The notes under the pieces are model-generated. The model searched no databases and had not been told where the DNA came from. It saw only the letters and a list, made by a program, of their open reading frames with translations. Shown here in pieces: positions 34,691 through 34,860 of a DNA stretch of 34,860 nucleotides. Made by a program: the position numbers and the translations under genes. Position 1 is the first letter of the stretch; the number at the start of each line of letters is the position of its first letter. Source of the stretch: Catajapyx aquilonaris (taxonomy: Eukaryota); NCBI GenBank assembly GCA_000934665.2, contig JYFJ02004110.1, positions 1-34,860 of the forward strand, in the 5' to 3' direction.

Positions 34691-34860
34691 CTAAAATTGG
34701 GTAATGGGGAAAACTCATAATAAATACCGGAGCAAAGAAACTATGGAAAACGAAAATGTTGGTGGGGGAGTGGGGGGATGGTGGTGTGGGGGGAATCAAG
34801 GTAGAAGGGATTTGGAGCTGGCAGAGCGGCTCCCGGCAAATGCGCGCGGCCAAAATTCGG

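Noticed and set aside
14594..34860. Whole mosaic as one giant Helitron carrying co-oriented captured fragments
   Set aside because: The strand bias starts well before the Helitron-like motif, no matching other end was found, and the cargo is almost all TE/viral rather than host exons. Not fully excluded without flanking sequence.

Overview
Eukaryotic, most likely arthropod/insect, repeat-derived DNA. It has GT-AG introns, a Deu/Nin-type tRNA SINE and no recognisable complete host gene. The window opens with the right part of an apparently intact PIF/Harbinger transposon (spliced 378-aa HARBI1-like transposase, convergent Myb/SANT-type partner gene, terminal repeat at ~3447-3461). The remaining ~31 kb is a dense mosaic of short (0.1-1.6 kb), mostly decayed fragments from many unrelated mobile elements: hAT, P/THAP9, MULE/NOF, Kolobok-type, EnSpm/CMC-like, piggyBac, a second Harbinger, YqaJ, MADF, SAMD3-like and DUF4806 accessory genes, a Helitron PIF1 sliver and LINEs. 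It also carries an endogenous chuvirus-like glycoprotein fragment and an ankyrin fragment. Essentially every recognisable coding fragment (about 23) lies on the minus strand; the only plus-strand coding exception is the partner gene inside the intact Harbinger. This is the architecture expected of a uni-strand, flamenco-like piRNA cluster transcribed on the plus strand. A few younger insertions with intact target-site duplications (hAT derivative, Kolobok MITE, two short retroposon tails) sit on top. All family assignments come from motif recognition by eye, not database searches, and fragment boundaries without a TSD or splice site are approximate.
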